From Elusimicrobiota bacterium (GTDB lineage: Bacteria; Elusimicrobiota; Elusimicrobia; UBA1565; UBA9628), in the NCBI GenBank assembly GCA_027319565.1, contig DAHVNA010000015.1, positions 1-48,689 on the forward strand: a stretch of DNA of 48,689 nt. Reading direction: 5' to 3'. Position numbers and translations under genes: made by a program. The stretch's first letter is position 1; every line of letters begins with the position of its first letter. Shown here in pieces: positions 47,536 through 48,689 of the stretch. The notes below the pieces were generated by a model, which saw nothing but the letters and a program-made list of their open reading frames with translations, made no database searches and was not told the DNA's origin.

Positions 47536-48689
47536 ATGCAAAACAATTTAGGATTATTCAACAGACTGTTGACTCCCCAAGACCTACATCTCTTTAATGA
47601 AGGCACGCACCGCCGCATTTACCAAAAACTCGGCGCGCATTTATCTCCAAAAAAAGACGGGGTCTCCTTTGCCGTCTGGGCGCCAAACGCGAGCGCGGTC
47701 TATGTCATGGGCGATTTTAATTCCTGGCGGCGCTCAAGCCATCCCTTGTTTCCAGTTGGAAGTTCCGGAATCTGGGAGGGGTTTATCCCGGAGGCGAAAG
47801 AAGGCTCTAGCTATAAATACCGAATCGTCTCAAGAGACTTAAACTTCGAGGCGGAAAAAGCGGACCCCGTTGGTTTTTATTTTGAAGTTCCCCCAAAATC
47901 CGCATCCGTCGTGCGCGACCTGTCCTATCAATGGAATGATCGAAATTGGCTTAATTCCAGGGCCCATAGAAATTCGCTTGAGTCTCCGATATCGATTTAC
48001 GAACTCCATCTAGGATCCTGGAGAAAGGTTCCGGAAGAAAATGAACGTTCTCTCAGTTATAGAGAGATGGCGAAAATCTTGCCGGAATATTTGCGCAAGA
48101 TGAACTTTACCCATGTCGAAATTTTGCCGGTCATGGAACACCCTTTTTACGGGTCCTGGGGATATCAAACCCTGGGATACTTCGCGCCCACCTCCCGATA
48201 CGGAACCCCTCAGGATTTCATGTTTCTCATTGATTCTCTCCATCAACATGGAATCGGCGTCATTTTGGACTGGGTCCCCTCCCATTTCGCGACCGACGGC
48301 CACGGCCTCGGGCTTTTCGACGGCACCCATCTCTACGAGCATTCCGACCCCCGGCAGGGCTTTCATCCTGATTGGGGCAGCTACGTCTTTAATTACAGCC
48401 GGCACGAGGTCCGAAGCTTTCTCTTATCAAGCGCCCTTTTTTGGCTGGACGCCTATCACGCAGACGGACTTCGGGTTGACGCCGTCGCCTCGATGCTTTA
48501 TCTCGACTATTCCCGGAAAGACGGCGGCTGGATTCCCAACCGCTACGGCGGCTGCGAAAACTTAGACGCTATTTCTTTTTTGAGGACGCTCAACGAAACG
48601 GCTTATCTCGATCATCCGGGAGTTCAAATGTTCGCCGAGGAATCGACCGCCTGGCCGATGGTTTCCCGCCCCACCTCCTGCGGAGGATT
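47536..48689 (+). CDS. glgB: 1,4-alpha-glucan branching enzyme, truncated by right window edge
   Basis: Read by hand from ATG 47536: DLHLFNEGTH, FAVWAPNA, IYELHLGSW, EHPFYGSWGYQ, LDWVPSHF, DGLRVDAVASMLYLDYSR, AEESTAWP; no stop before window end. Confidence 0.95.
   Translation, partial: MQNNLGLFNRLLTPQDLHLFNEGTHRRIYQKLGAHLSPKKDGVSFAVWAPNASAVYVMGDFNSWRRSSHPLFPVGSSGIWEGFIPEAKEGSSYKYRIVSRDLNFEAEKADPVGFYFEVPPKSASVVRDLSYQWNDRNWLNSRAHRNSLESPISIYELHLGSWRKVPEENERSLSYREMAKILPEYLRKMNFTHVEILPVMEHPFYGSWGYQTLGYFAPTSRYGTPQDFMFLIDSLHQHGIGVILDWVPSHFATDGHGLGLFDGTHLYEHSDPRQGFHPDWGSYVFNYSRHEVRSFLLSSALFWLDAYHADGLRVDAVASMLYLDYSRKDGGWIPNRYGGCENLDAISFLRTLNETAYLDHPGVQMFAEESTAWPMVSRPTSCGG

Noticed and set aside
185..48565. 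Numerous short ORFs of 60-175 aa from the six-frame track
   Set aside because: Antisense or out-of-frame shadows of well-supported genes with no recognisable motifs; none is a convincing precursor peptide.
1..48689. CRISPR array, tRNA/rRNA genes, IS elements
   Set aside because: Intergenic gaps are all short (under 200 bp), with no repeat-spacer pattern, cloverleaf or transposase ORF recognised.

Overview
Gene-dense bacterial chromosomal segment. The style of the hypothetical proteins is suggestive of Elusimicrobiota, but this is an unverified impression. Five blocks: (1) 1-2767, minus-strand coiled-coil/Pro-rich hypothetical genes. (2) About 2.9-31.2 kb, a cell-envelope glycosylation region with five GT-C-type membrane glycosyltransferases, three DPM-synthase-like GT2s each next to a GT-C, a WecA/MraY-type phosphoglycosyltransferase, a flavoprotein carrying eukaryote-type UDP-galactopyranose-mutase motifs, a complete GDP-D-glycero-alpha-D-manno-heptose pathway (gmhB-hddC-hddA-gmhA), three SDR epimerases and an O-antigen-ligase/TPR protein. 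Embedded in it are an exported TldD/TldE-like protease pair and a DEDDh exonuclease-queC-queE trio. (3) A tightly coupled minus-strand run (43031 to 28682): degenerate DnaA-like AAA+ protein, GAF histidine kinase, comM, TsaP-like protein, dprA, topA, xerC, hypothetical, purA, GT2, GT-C. (4) A divergent secreted Pro-rich protein with two glycine-zipper hairpins, and an orphan LivK-type lipoprotein. (5) malQ and a partial glgB. No rRNA, tRNA, CRISPR array or mobile element was recognised. The best candidates for undescribed biology are the exported TldD/E pair wrapped around a methyltransferase and GT-C, a possible polyprenyl-phosphate-heptose/GT-C transfer route, and the DnaA-paralogue plus kinase module heading the competence genes. 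All product calls come from motif recognition by eye; no database search was run.
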